NCBI GenBank assembly: GCA_965217605.1 | Contig: CBDCJB010000005.1 | Coordinates: 1,942-65,941, forward strand | From: Gammaproteobacteria bacterium | Lineage (GTDB): Bacteria > Pseudomonadota > Gammaproteobacteria > Ga0077536 | Reading direction: 5' to 3' | Length of the DNA stretch: 64,000 bases | Shown: piece after piece, positions 20,265 to 32,705 of the stretch | Layout of the letters: every line of letters begins with the position of its first letter | Numbering within the stretch: position 1 is the stretch's first letter | Made by a program: the position numbers and the translations under genes | Notes under the pieces: generated by a model | Told to the model about the DNA's origin: nothing | The model's input: the letters and a program-made list of their open reading frames with translations, nothing else | Databases searched by the model: none

Positions 20265-21860
20265 CTAGCGCATGCCGCCTTCGATCGTCGAGGGCTCGGG
20301 CGGCGTAGTGAAGCTGTGGTAGGCCGGCGGTGAGGTCAGCGTCCATTCCAAGCCGTGCGCGCCTTCCCACACCTGGTCCGTCGCTTTCTCTCCCCCGCGT
20401 ACACACTGGATGACGATGTAGAGGAACAGGAACTGCGAAAGACCGAAGACGAATCCGCCGATACTCGACACCATGTTGAAATCGGTGAACTGCACCGCGT
20501 AATCGGGAATGCGCCGCGGCATGCCGGCGAGCCCCAGAAAATGCTGGGGGAAAAACAACACGTTGACTGAGATCGTCGACAGCCAGAAATGCCATTTACC
20601 GAGCGTCTCGTTGTACATGTGCCCGGTCCATTTAGGCAGCCAGAAGTAAGCCGCCGCGAAACACGAGTAGATCGCGCCCGTTACCAATACGTAGTGAAAA
20701 TGCGCGACGACGAAATAGGTGTCGTGATACTGAAAGTCCACCGGGGTCACGCCGAGCATGAGACCCGAGAACCCGCCGATCGAAAACAACACGATGAAGG
20801 CGATCGCGAACAGCATCGGCGTCTCGAAGGTCATCGAGCTTTTCCACATCGTGGCCAGCCAGTTGAAGATCTTCACACCGGTCGGTACGGCGATCAGCAC
20901 GGTCGTATACATGAAGAACAATTCACCCGCCAGTGGCATACCGACGGTGAACATGTGATGCGCCCAGACGATGAATGACAGAAACGCGATCGCGGCCGTT
21001 GCATACACCATTGAGCTGTAGCCGAACAGCGGTTTGCGACAGAACGTCGGCAGGATCGCCGAAACGATACCGAAGGCCGGAAGGATCAGGATGTATACCT
21101 CGGGATGGCCGAAGAACCAGAAGATGTGCTGGAACATGACGGGGTCGCCGCCCGCCGCCGCGCTGAAGAAACCCGTGCCGAAGAACTTATCGGTCAGGAG
21201 CATCGTCACGGCGCCCGCCAATACCGGGATCGAGGCGATCAACAGAAAGCCCGTGATGATCCAAGTCCAGACGAACAAGGGCAGCTTCAACAAGCTCATG
21301 CCCGGTGCGCGCATGTTGAATATGGTCGCCATGATGTTGATCGCGCCCGCGATCGAGGATGCGCCCATGAAATGTATGGCAAAGATCAGGAAGGGGAACG
21401 CGGCCCCGGTCTGCAGCACGAGCGGCGGGTACATCGTCCAACCGCCAGCCGGCGCGCCGCCCGGCAGGAACAGCGTACAGAGCAACAGGGTAAAGGCGAA
21501 CGGGAGGATCCAGAAGCTCCAGTTGTTCAAGCGCGGCAAGGCCATGTCGGGCGCCCCGATCATCATCGGGACCAACCAGTTCGCGAAGCCCGTCCAGGCC
21601 GGCATCACGGCGCCGAAGATCATGACCAGGGCGTGCACCGTGGTCATCGAATTGAAGAACTGCGGGTCGACGAACTGCATGCCCGGCTGGAACAACTCGA
21701 GGCGGATGATCATCGCCATGGCGCCGCCGATGAAAAACATGACCAGCGAGAACACCAGGTACATCGTGCCGATGTCCTTGTGGTTGGTCGTCGTCAGCCA
21801 ACGCATGATGCCGGTTGGATGATGGTCGTGATGATCGTCGTGGGTCGCTGCCTCACTCAT
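20265..21860 (-). CDS. coxA: Cytochrome c oxidase subunit I (A1 type)
   Basis: NHKDIG, WFFGHPEVY, VWAHHMF, AHFHYV. Confidence 0.98.
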   Translation of the reverse strand: MSEAATHDDHHDHHPTGIMRWLTTTNHKDIGTMYLVFSLVMFFIGGAMAMIIRLELFQPGMQFVDPQFFNSMTTVHALVMIFGAVMPAWTGFANWLVPMMIGAPDMALPRLNNWSFWILPFAFTLLLCTLFLPGGAPAGGWTMYPPLVLQTGAAFPFLIFAIHFMGASSIAGAINIMATIFNMRAPGMSLLKLPLFVWTWIITGFLLIASIPVLAGAVTMLLTDKFFGTGFFSAAAGGDPVMFQHIFWFFGHPEVYILILPAFGIVSAILPTFCRKPLFGYSSMVYATAAIAFLSFIVWAHHMFTVGMPLAGELFFMYTTVLIAVPTGVKIFNWLATMWKSSMTFETPMLFAIAFIVLFSIGGFSGLMLGVTPVDFQYHDTYFVVAHFHYVLVTGAIYSCFAAAYFWLPKWTGHMYNETLGKWHFWLSTISVNVLFFPQHFLGLAGMPRRIPDYAVQFTDFNMVSSIGGFVFGLSQFLFLYIVIQCVRGGEKATDQVWEGAHGLEWTLTSPPAYHSFTTPPEPSTIEGGMR

Positions 21861-21881
21861 GGATCTATCCTCTGTAAATGC

Positions 21882-22775
21882 TTAAATGGGTGTCTCGCCC
21901 CTCGGATCCCGTTGCGCCACGGCGGTCTTCTCTCGAACCTGCCCGGCCGTGCCCGCCTCGGCTTGCGCCTTTGCGGCTTTCATCTCCGCGACCCAGGCGG
22001 CGTAGGCCTCCTCGCTCACCGCTTCGAGGACGACCGGCATGAAACCGTGGTCCTTGCCGCAGAGTTCAGCGCATTGACCGCGATAGACACCGGGTTCCTC
22101 GATCAAAGCCCATGATTCGTTGATGAAGCCGGGGATGGCATCGCGCTTCCAACCCAGCGCCGGTACCCACCAGGCGTGGATGACGTCGGCGGCGGTGGTC
22201 AGATAGCGAACCTTTTTACCGACCGGCACGATCACGCGCTTGTCGACGTCGCGCAGGTAATGCTCGACCGTGTTGGGATCGATACCGGAAGCTAATTGCC
22301 GCGCAACGTTCGCTTCATGCGTGATGGTGGAGAAAAAACTGATGTCGTCGTCGATGTATTCGTACTGCCATTTCCATTGGTAACCGGTAACCTTGATGGT
22401 CATGTCCGCCCCGGACGTGTCTTCCATCATAATCAATGCCTTGGTCGCCGGGATCGCCATGCCGACGAGAATGAGAAACGGAACGATGGTCCACGCGATC
22501 TCGGCCTTGGTGCTCTCGTGCCATGTCGCGGGCACCGCACCCTTGGACTTTCGGAACGCCAGCACCGAGTAAAAGATCACGCCGAAGACCACGATGGCGA
22601 TGATCGTGACGATCCACAGGATCAACATGTGCAGGTCGTAGATCGTGTGGCTGTAGGGCGTCACGCCCTCGGGCAGATTCAGGTCCCAATCCGCGAGCGC
22701 GCTGACTGGCATCAGCGTCATGCCGCCGGCCCATGCGAGCTTCCTGCACAGGTCAGAACAATTCCAGAATGTCAT
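21882..22775 (-). CDS. coxB: Cytochrome c oxidase subunit II
   Basis: GYQWKWQYEY, DVIHAWW, CuA motif CAELCGKDHGFM; start 22775 or 22802. Confidence 0.95.
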   Translation of the reverse strand: MTFWNCSDLCRKLAWAGGMTLMPVSALADWDLNLPEGVTPYSHTIYDLHMLILWIVTIIAIVVFGVIFYSVLAFRKSKGAVPATWHESTKAEIAWTIVPFLILVGMAIPATKALIMMEDTSGADMTIKVTGYQWKWQYEYIDDDISFFSTITHEANVARQLASGIDPNTVEHYLRDVDKRVIVPVGKKVRYLTTAADVIHAWWVPALGWKRDAIPGFINESWALIEEPGVYRGQCAELCGKDHGFMPVVLEAVSEEAYAAWVAEMKAAKAQAEAGTAGQVREKTAVAQRDPRGETPI

Positions 22776-22919
22776 GCTTTTTCGCTCCCCGTAGCGCTGC
22801 ACCCGAACGGCCGGGACCGGTGCAAACCCAACGCTGCATTGTGTAGATGTACGGACGCCGGCGGCGGTCTCCCCCTGAGGGCCGCGGCCTACCGCTCAGG
22901 CCTCGCGAACCGGCCTATT

Positions 22920-23402
22920 CTACCGGTTTTTACCCAGCGCGTTAATCAGGGCTCGGGCGAAGGATTGGCGTTCGCCCTCACTCAGAAACTGTCCCAATTC
23001 GATGCGCTGTCCCTGTGCGGCAACGACGAGACGCGACGGGTGGTAACGGTACTGTGACGAGAGCAATTCCACGCGCACCCAGAAGCGGTTGAACTCGACG
23101 CGGTCTTCCACGTCCCGCTTGCCGGTCTCGATCACGACTTGGTCACCCGCGATGCGCACCACTTCGCGCCGTTCACCGTCGCGCAATACCAGGTAGAACG
23201 CGAGCGCGACCGCGAGAACCTCGAGCCCGGAAAACGGCAGGACCAAAGGCAACCCGAGCGCCAAAAAGAACCCGCCGATCGTAAAGCTCACGACCGCAAT
23301 GAATGCGATGAAGCGCTTGGCTTCAGTCCAACTCATCGAGCGCGTTGGTTTCAATATCCAACACGCGTCGTCATCGCGGGGATCATCGAGCTGTGTGACC
23401 AA
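22920..23402 (-). CDS. DUF2244-like membrane protein
   Basis: LKPTRSMS, LPFSGLE, WVRV, IELGQFLSEGER; upstream of coxB. Confidence 0.85.
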   Translation of the reverse strand: MVTQLDDPRDDDACWILKPTRSMSWTEAKRFIAFIAVVSFTIGGFFLALGLPLVLPFSGLEVLAVALAFYLVLRDGERREVVRIAGDQVVIETGKRDVEDRVEFNRFWVRVELLSSQYRYHPSRLVVAAQGQRIELGQFLSEGERQSFARALINALGKNR

Positions 23403-23408
23403 CCGTCT

Positions 23409-24125
23409 CTAATGCTCCTGCTTCATGGGATAAGGCCGCCGTGCAAGCGCGTCGACTTCGGTCGCCAGCGTGCTCAAGCGCGGCGCGAGTTCGTCCAAGT
23501 CGGCGTCCGGCGCCCAATCTAGCATGGCCAGGCGCGGCGCGGGTATGCGCGCGGTCAGGGTCGCGATCACGTCGTCCAGCGCGAACAACGTGGGTTCCAG
23601 AATGTTCGCGACCCAGCCGATCAGCGGCTGGTCTGCCTGTTCGATCGCGTCGGCGGTGAGTACGGCATGATTGATGCAGCCGAGCTTCACGCCGACGACC
23701 AATAACACGGGCAGGTCAAGCGCCGTAACAAGGTCCGCCAACCACAGGTCATCACCCAGCGGCACGCGCCAACCGCCGACGCCTTCGACGACGACGACGT
23801 CCGCCCGTGAACGGCATGCGGCGTAAGCGCGGCTGATGCGATCCAGATCGATGTGCGTATGCGCCGCTTTGGCGGCGATGTGCGGCGAACAAGGCGGCTC
23901 GAAGGTGTACGGATTCACGTCTTCGATCGGTAACGCGGTCGGCGCAGCGGCGGTCAACGCTTCGACGTCATCGTTCACGAGGCGCCCATCGATCAACGCC
24001 GCGCCGGTCGCGACCGGTTTCATTCCCGCCGCCGACACGCCATTGCCGGCCAGCGCGCGCAGCAGCGCGCAACTCACGCGCGTCTTACCGCATTCTGTAT
24101 CCGTTCCCGTAATGAACACCGACAT
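23409..24125 (-). CDS. bioD: Dethiobiotin synthase
   Basis: FITGTDTECGKT, MKPVATG, SPHIAA, VEGVGGW, LGCINHA. Confidence 0.96.
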   Translation of the reverse strand: MSVFITGTDTECGKTRVSCALLRALAGNGVSAAGMKPVATGAALIDGRLVNDDVEALTAAAPTALPIEDVNPYTFEPPCSPHIAAKAAHTHIDLDRISRAYAACRSRADVVVVEGVGGWRVPLGDDLWLADLVTALDLPVLLVVGVKLGCINHAVLTADAIEQADQPLIGWVANILEPTLFALDDVIATLTARIPAPRLAMLDWAPDADLDELAPRLSTLATEVDALARRPYPMKQEH

Positions 24126-24129
24126 CGCT

Positions 24130-25002
24130 TCAGCGTCGGCGCAGCCGCTCCAGCGGAAAGGTATGCTCGCCTGCCGCCTGCACCGACAGCCCTTCGGTCG
24201 CCCAGGCATGGCCGTAGATCACTTCATAGGTTGCGGGCAGTTTGCCGTCGACCCTGAAAGCCTCGTACGCATCGATCAGGGCACGCAAAATGCGCTTGCC
24301 GAGTAGACCCCGCGCGCGTTCCCGGGCGGCATTCGATGCCCCGAGGCCCTTCAGATCGCGCATCAACGTCAATACGTCATCGTAGTTGACGGTGATGTGT
24401 TCGGTTTCCATCACGGGCTCGGTAAAGCCGTTGTGAACCAGCGCATCACCCACGTCGTGCATATCGAAAAAGCGATTGATGTGCGGCGCGTCGGAGGCCT
24501 GCGCCCAGGCTTGCCGTAATTCCTTCAGCGTATCCGGCCCGAGCGTCGTGAACAGTAACAAGCCTTCCGCGTGCAGGATCCGTTGAATTTCGGCGAACGC
24601 CTGGCCCAGATCGAGACACCACTGCAGTGAGAGATTGGAGAACGCGAGATCGAACGCGTCCGCTTTCAAAGGCAACCGTTCGACGTCGCCGCACACGTAA
24701 CGGTGCCTCGAGAACAGTTTGCGCGCGTGATCGCGCGCCTGGTTGAGCATCGCCCAGGCGATATCGCACTGTAGGACGGTCGCGCGCCGATAGCGTGCCG
24801 CCAGCGCCCGCGCACAGCGTCCCGTGCCCGATCCGATATCCGCGATCAACGACGCCCGCAGGGTCATCAGATCGAGTCGCTCGAGCGCGCGTTCGGCGAT
24901 CTGGCGCTGCAGAAAATCATGCTGCTCGTAGTTCGCGGCCGCCTTTTCGAATGTCGCCGCGACCTGTTGCTTATCGAGATCGCTCGTCAGTTCGGAGGGC
25001 AT
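24130..25002 (-). CDS. bioC: Malonyl-ACP O-methyltransferase
   Basis: F..AAANY, DIGSGTG, FSNLSLQW, TLGPDTLKELR, DMHDVGD, ATYEVIYGHAW. Confidence 0.94.
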   Translation of the reverse strand: MPSELTSDLDKQQVAATFEKAAANYEQHDFLQRQIAERALERLDLMTLRASLIADIGSGTGRCARALAARYRRATVLQCDIAWAMLNQARDHARKLFSRHRYVCGDVERLPLKADAFDLAFSNLSLQWCLDLGQAFAEIQRILHAEGLLLFTTLGPDTLKELRQAWAQASDAPHINRFFDMHDVGDALVHNGFTEPVMETEHITVNYDDVLTLMRDLKGLGASNAARERARGLLGKRILRALIDAYEAFRVDGKLPATYEVIYGHAWATEGLSVQAAGEHTFPLERLRRR

Positions 25003-26165
25003 CGTGACAGCCGGTGTTCGAGTGCATCGACGAGGCCATGTAATTCCTGTCGGCCATGCGCGGCGCTCAAGGTTACACGGATGCGCGCGGTGCCGGCCGG
25101 CACGGTCGGCGGGCGGACTGCGCGCACGTAGAAGCCGTCGTCACAGATCACGTTGGCCACCGCGGTGGCGCGTTCGTCATCACCGATGACGACGGGCTGG
25201 ATCGGCGTATCGCTCGGCATCAGCGGCAGATCCGCTTCAGCGGCGAGTTGCCGGAAACACGCGATGTTGTCGGCTAATGCGCGCGCCGGATTGTCGTCGC
25301 CCTTCAGGATCTCGAGCGCCTGCAGGCTTGCCGCCGCGCACACCGGCGGCAGCGCGGTGTCGTAAACGAACGTCCGCGCATACTGCACGAGGTGGTCGAT
25401 GACCGGCTGCGAGGCGGCGATCGCGGCGCCCACCGATCCCAAGGCCTTGCCGAACGTGACCATGACGATGCAGCGCCGGCGTTCGGCCGCGGGGAGTTCC
25501 GCGAACGTGCCGCGCCCGTGCGCTGTCACGCCGAAACCGTGCGCGTCGTCGATGTAAAGCTCGGCGGCGTGGTGTGACGTCAAGTCAGCGAGGCGATCCA
25601 TGGAGGCGCAATCACCGTCCATGCTGAACACGCTTTCGGTGACCACCCATTGCCGTGCCTCGGCCGACCGCGCCAGTCGATCGCCAAGCGTGGCGTAGTC
25701 GAGATGCGGGTAGCGTCGATGGCGCACGGGCGTGGCCACGACGGCATCGATCAAGGACGCGTGGTTCAAGCGGTCGTGGTGCACGGTCGCGCCGCGATCG
25801 AGCAAGGCGCCGAGCGCGCCGAGATTGGCGAGATAGCCGGACGAAAACGTGAGCGCCGCCTCCATCGATGCAAACGCGGCGAGTTCCCGCTCGAGTTCGA
25901 CATGCAGCGCTGAACGGCCGGACAATAGCGCCGCCGCGCCGCTGCCAAAGCCATGCCGGCCGAGCTCGGCGTGCACGCGCTCGACGATGCGCGCATCGGC
26001 CGCCAGGCCCAGGTAATCGTTACTCGAAAAATTCACGAGCTCGCGCTTGCCGATCGCGATGCGCGCGCCCTGCGCGCCCGAACGCGCTTCGAGCGTGCGC
26101 ACGCGCCCCGTGCGGCGCCGCTCATCCAAGGCGCCGGCGAGTTGCTCTAGGAGCGTGGCCGCCAT
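24987..26165 (-). CDS. bioF: 8-amino-7-oxononanoate synthase
   Basis: NFSSNDYLGL, DRLNHASLID, ESVFSMDGD, DDAHGFG, TFGKALG, RPPTVP. Confidence 0.96.
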   Translation of the reverse strand: MAATLLEQLAGALDERRRTGRVRTLEARSGAQGARIAIGKRELVNFSSNDYLGLAADARIVERVHAELGRHGFGSGAAALLSGRSALHVELERELAAFASMEAALTFSSGYLANLGALGALLDRGATVHHDRLNHASLIDAVVATPVRHRRYPHLDYATLGDRLARSAEARQWVVTESVFSMDGDCASMDRLADLTSHHAAELYIDDAHGFGVTAHGRGTFAELPAAERRRCIVMVTFGKALGSVGAAIAASQPVIDHLVQYARTFVYDTALPPVCAAASLQALEILKGDDNPARALADNIACFRQLAAEADLPLMPSDTPIQPVVIGDDERATAVANVICDDGFYVRAVRPPTVPAGTARIRVTLSAAHGRQELHGLVDALEHRLSRCPPN

Positions 26166-26181
26166 GTGCCCCGGGTCGCGG

Positions 26182-27165
26182 TCAAGAGGTCGCGACGAGT
26201 CCGAGTCGGTCGAACAGGATTTGGTCTTCGACGGCGACGGGATTAGCCGTCGTCAAGAGTTGATCGCCGTAAAAAATGGAATTCGCGCCGGCGAAATAAC
26301 ACAGCGCCTGGAGCTCGTCGGTCATTTGCGTGCGGCCCGCCGACAGGCGCACGACCGCCGCGGGCATCAGGATCCGCGCGCACGCGATGGTGCGCGCGAA
26401 ATCGATCGGATGGACCGCCGCGTTATCTGCCAGCGGCGTACCCTCGACACGGATCAACATATTGATCGGCACCGACTCGGGGTGTTCGGGGAGATTGGCC
26501 AGGATACGCAGCATCTCCGCCCGATCACCCGTAGCCTCGCCGAGACCGACGATGCCGCCGCAGCAGACATGGATGCCGGCATCGCGCACGCACGCCAGCG
26601 TGTCGAGCCGGTCGTCGTAGGTTCGCGTGGTGATGATCTCCCCGTAGAATTCCGGCGAGGTGTCGAGGTTGTGATTGTAGTAATCGAGGCCCGCGGATTT
26701 TAGGCGCCGCGCTTGCGCTGCGCTCAACATGCCCAAGGTCACGCAGGTCTCCATGCCGAGCGCCTTCACCCCCTCGATGAGCGGAATCACTTCGTCGAGA
26801 TCCCGGTCCTTGGGCGCGCGCCATGCCGCCCCCATGCAAAAGCGCGTGGCGCCCGCTTCTTTCGCGCGGCTCGCGGCCGCCATGACCGTTTCGGTATCGA
26901 GTACCGGCGCCGCCTCGACGCCGGTGTCGTAGCGCAGGCTTTGTGGACAATAGGCGCAATCTTCCGGACACCCGCCGGTTTTGATATTGAGCAAGGTGCT
27001 CAGTTGGACCTCGTTGGGCGCGAAGAACTGGCGATGCAGGCACTGCGCCCGAAATAGAAGGTCGTTGAAGGGTTCGGCGAACAACGCGCGGACTTCTGCG
27101 GCCGTCCAATCGTGGCGCAACGACGGGGGGGTATGGTGGGCCGGTTCAGCGAATTGAGTTTGCAT
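26182..27165 (-). CDS. bioB: Biotin synthase
   Basis: CPEDCAYC radical SAM motif, [22 protein letters not shown]. Confidence 0.98.
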   Translation of the reverse strand: MQTQFAEPAHHTPPSLRHDWTAAEVRALFAEPFNDLLFRAQCLHRQFFAPNEVQLSTLLNIKTGGCPEDCAYCPQSLRYDTGVEAAPVLDTETVMAAASRAKEAGATRFCMGAAWRAPKDRDLDEVIPLIEGVKALGMETCVTLGMLSAAQARRLKSAGLDYYNHNLDTSPEFYGEIITTRTYDDRLDTLACVRDAGIHVCCGGIVGLGEATGDRAEMLRILANLPEHPESVPINMLIRVEGTPLADNAAVHPIDFARTIACARILMPAAVVRLSAGRTQMTDELQALCYFAGANSIFYGDQLLTTANPVAVEDQILFDRLGLVATS

Positions 27166-27219
27166 TGGCGACGTCTTTTTTCGATGATCGTTCAGAACGG
27201 CGACACGGAGGACGCCTCG

Positions 27220-27903
27220 ATGGCTGCATGGAAGCGGCGGTCAACTTTATTAGAACTCCCAAAGCTGTACAACTCATGCCGCCAAGTGCTGCAGGCGAAG
27301 CCGTGCTGGCTGTGTGGCGCGAGCGCGCCAGCGGCGGGACTGTGCCCGCCCTGCGCCGCCGATTTGCCGCGCAGCGAGGCGACCGCCCGCCGCCGCGCAG
27401 TGCGCGACATCGAATGGGTGTATGCGCCGTTTCGCTACGCGTTTCCCATCGACGCGATGATTCAACGGGCGAAATTCACGCGCGACCTCGCCGCGCTGCA
27501 TGCGTTGGCCTGGGCGACATGCAATGAAGTGAGCATTCACTTACCGCCCTGTGACCGCGTCATGCCCGTGCCGCTCTCCGCGGCCCGTTACGTTCGGCGG
27601 GGCTTCAATCAGGCGGTCGAAATCGCCCAGCCGTTGCAGACATTGCGGGGGTGGACCGTCCACACGAATGCCATCAAACGCTGCCGCGGCGGCCCGCCGC
27701 AATCATCGCTGCCCGCGAACCGTCGCGCGGCGAACGTGCGCGGCGCCTCCGAGTTGGTGCATCCAACCACGGCGCTTACGGTTTTGATCGTCGATGATGT
27801 CGTCACGACCGGCGCGACGCTGGCGGCGGTCGCTCGCGCGCTCAAACGAGGCGGCGTGGGTCGGGTCTACGCCCTCGCTGTTGCGCAGGCGGAGGTGGCG
27901 TAG
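27220..27903 (+). CDS. comF: ComF family phosphoribosyltransferase-like protein
   Basis: [31 protein letters not shown]; GGAGGA before ATG 27220. Confidence 0.88.
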   Translation: MAAWKRRSTLLELPKLYNSCRQVLQAKPCWLCGASAPAAGLCPPCAADLPRSEATARRRAVRDIEWVYAPFRYAFPIDAMIQRAKFTRDLAALHALAWATCNEVSIHLPPCDRVMPVPLSAARYVRRGFNQAVEIAQPLQTLRGWTVHTNAIKRCRGGPPQSSLPANRRAANVRGASELVHPTTALTVLIVDDVVTTGATLAAVARALKRGGVGRVYALAVAQAEVA

Positions 27904-27904
27904 C

Positions 27905-30316
<2,412 letters not shown>

Positions 30317-31393
30317 TTAAGTAACGGCCGCTGCACGGTGGTGTTCCACGTGGAACACCTCGGGCGTGACATCCGCGATTTCAGGCAGATCCGCGGGTTT
30401 GATCGCCGTATAGATACGTTGGCCTGCGCGCCCATTGATCATATCCACAATCTCCGAACGCATGCCGTCATCGAGCTCCGCCGCTAAATCGTCCACCAGC
30501 ATGACGGGCGGTCCGCCCCGCCGGTCTTCGATAAAATCCGCCAGCGCGGTGATGATCGTACAGGCGATGACTTTGCCTTGTCCGCGTGATAAACGCGTGG
30601 CGATCGGCTGGCCCGCCGCGGTCAGCGACAAGTCCGCGCGGTGCACGCCGATGGTCGTGTAACCGGCCTGGGCGTCTCGCGCCCAGCGTTCGGTGAGCTG
30701 CGTCAACAGCGCTTGTTGACGACGCCAGCCGGGTTGGTAGTCGAGCGCCAGCGACCCCAGCGGTTCGCTCAAACGACAGTGCTCGAGCGCCTGATTGATC
30801 GGATCAACGACCTGCCTACGCTCCGTATCGATCAGCATCGCATAATGCGCCAGCCGACTATTCCAATACTCGGCCTCGGTGGGACTCCCGCCGTCGCGGA
30901 GCAGCCTGCTTCGCTGGCGCAACGCGTGTCGATAATGCTTCCACAACGTGCCGTAATCCGGTTTCACGTGGAACACGGTGCGGTCGATTAAGGCCCGGCG
31001 GCTGCTCGGGCTCGCGGTCAGCAGGTCCGGCGATTTCGAATTGATCACGAGTATCGGCACGTGCTGCGCCAATGAAGACGCGACGACGATGGGCTGACCG
31101 TCGAGTTCAATTTTCGTCTGGCCCTTTGCTTTTTGCACCGCAACAAACGAACGCAAGGCTTGCGGCGAGACCACGGTTGCCTGCACGGATACCCCCGCTG
31201 TCCCACTGCGCACGATGTCGGACGTGCGGCTCGTCAGAAACGACTTGCCGAGGCTCGCCACGGCGAACGATTCGAGCAAGCTCGTTTTACCGCTGCCATT
31301 CGTGCCACAGACCAGGTTCAAGGTGCTGCGTGGCCTATATTCGAGCTGTTCCAGGCATCTGAGATTCTGAACGCGTATCGACTCGAACCACAT
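30317..31393 (-). CDS. recF: DNA replication/repair protein RecF
   Basis: GTNGSGKTSLLE, GVHRADL, LSRGQGK, VDDLAAELD; synteny. Confidence 0.95.
   Translation of the reverse strand: MWFESIRVQNLRCLEQLEYRPRSTLNLVCGTNGSGKTSLLESFAVASLGKSFLTSRTSDIVRSGTAGVSVQATVVSPQALRSFVAVQKAKGQTKIELDGQPIVVASSLAQHVPILVINSKSPDLLTASPSSRRALIDRTVFHVKPDYGTLWKHYRHALRQRSRLLRDGGSPTEAEYWNSRLAHYAMLIDTERRQVVDPINQALEHCRLSEPLGSLALDYQPGWRRQQALLTQLTERWARDAQAGYTTIGVHRADLSLTAAGQPIATRLSRGQGKVIACTIITALADFIEDRRGGPPVMLVDDLAAELDDGMRSEIVDMINGRAGQRIYTAIKPADLPEIADVTPEVFHVEHHRAAAVT
30342..30357. promoter_or_regulatory. parS centromere site
   Basis: Perfect palindrome TGTTCCACGTGGAACA (extends to 20 bp). Confidence 0.9.
30960..30975. promoter_or_regulatory. 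parS centromere site
   Basis: GGTTTCACGTGGAACA. Confidence 0.85.
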
Positions 31394-31425
31394 GCGACGC
31401 CGGGCTAAGACCTGCCGCTGTCCGC

Positions 31426-32526
31426 TTACAATCGCATGGGCATGACGACATAGCGTGAGCTTTCATCGTCCGGATCGCGTAAGAGGCAGCTGCTGTTCGC
31501 ATCGATGAGGTCCATCCGCACGGTGTCGGTGCGCATGACGCCGAGCACGTCCAGCAGGTAGGACACGTTGAATCCAACCTCGAGCGTGTCGCCGCCATAC
31601 TCGATTTCTATCTCTTCTTCGGCTTCTTCCTGTTCCGGATTATGAGCCACTGCTACTAGGAGATTCTCCTTAAAATTCAGACGGATACCGCGGAATTTCT
31701 CGTTCGATAGGATGGACGCGCGGCCTAACCCGGCCCGCAGTAACTCGCGGTCCGCAATGACGCGGTTGTCGGTTTCACGCGGGATAACGCGCTCATATTC
31801 CGGGAACCGGCCGTCGACGAGTTTCGTTGTCAGCGATTGTGCGGCTGCGGCGACCTGAATGTGGTTCTCGCCGAGCCGCACATGTACCGATTCTCCGGCA
31901 ATATTGAGCAGACGGACGATTTCGAGCACACCCTTGCGTGGCACGATCACCTGCCTGGCTGTCTGCGCCGCGTAATCGATGCTCTTATCGGTCAACGCTA
32001 GGCGGTGCCCGTCGGTTGCAACGGCCCGCATCTGATTACTGTCGAGTTCCAACAGCAGCCCGTTCAGGTAGTAACGCACATCCTGATGAGCCATCGCGAA
32101 ATGCGTACTCTCGAGGAGTTCCGCGAGCGTGCTTGCCGTAAGGTCGAACTCATCGCTTGCGACGAAGCTACCGATACTCGGGAACTCTTGCGCGGGCATG
32201 GAGGCCAGCGTGAAGCGGCTGCGACCCGAGGTCACTTTCGTCTTGTTGCCGGTATTCTCGATCGACAGGGTCGCGTCGACGGGCAGCGCGCGGCAGATAT
32301 CGAACAGTTTGCGCGCCGGTAAAGCGACGTTGCCCGTCACCTCGGGCGTGTTGTCTAGATCGCAGATCAATTCGACTTCCATATCGGTCGCGGTGATCTG
32401 AATGCGCGTGCTTTCCGCGTTCAAAAGGAGGTTACTCAAGATAGGCAATGTCTGCCTGCGTTCCACGACATTGTTCGCCGCTTGCAAGACAGGTAATAAT
32501 GATTCTCTAGATATTTCGATCTTCAT
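31426..32526 (-). CDS. dnaN: DNA polymerase III beta clamp
   Basis: RQTLPILSNLL, QDVRYYLNG, VATDGHRLA, GRFPEYERVIP, YVVMPMRL. Confidence 0.98.
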   Translation of the reverse strand: MKIEISRESLLPVLQAANNVVERRQTLPILSNLLLNAESTRIQITATDMEVELICDLDNTPEVTGNVALPARKLFDICRALPVDATLSIENTGNKTKVTSGRSRFTLASMPAQEFPSIGSFVASDEFDLTASTLAELLESTHFAMAHQDVRYYLNGLLLELDSNQMRAVATDGHRLALTDKSIDYAAQTARQVIVPRKGVLEIVRLLNIAGESVHVRLGENHIQVAAAAQSLTTKLVDGRFPEYERVIPRETDNRVIADRELLRAGLGRASILSNEKFRGIRLNFKENLLVAVAHNPEQEEAEEEIEIEYGGDTLEVGFNVSYLLDVLGVMRTDTVRMDLIDANSSCLLRDPDDESSRYVVMPMRL

Positions 32527-32705
32527 TTGTTGTTGTAGTTATTAGTGCCAGCCTTATCGGGTATTACTCTTCTTTTGTATGAATTTCATAAACTTATACC
32601 TGGTTTGCGCGCTGGTTTTGTGCCCTTTTCCTGTGCATAAACGCTGTACAGATCAGCCCCATACAAGCGCCCGATATTGTCCACAACTTTCGCTCACCTT
32701 ACGCC
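32527..32705. other. Candidate oriC unwinding region
   Basis: AT-rich; DnaA boxes TGTGCATAA (32632-40) and TTGTCCACA (32677-85); trinucleotide run next to dnaN. Confidence 0.55.

Noticed and set aside
21034-22115. Long plus-strand ORFs over coxA/coxB
   Set aside because: Antisense shadows
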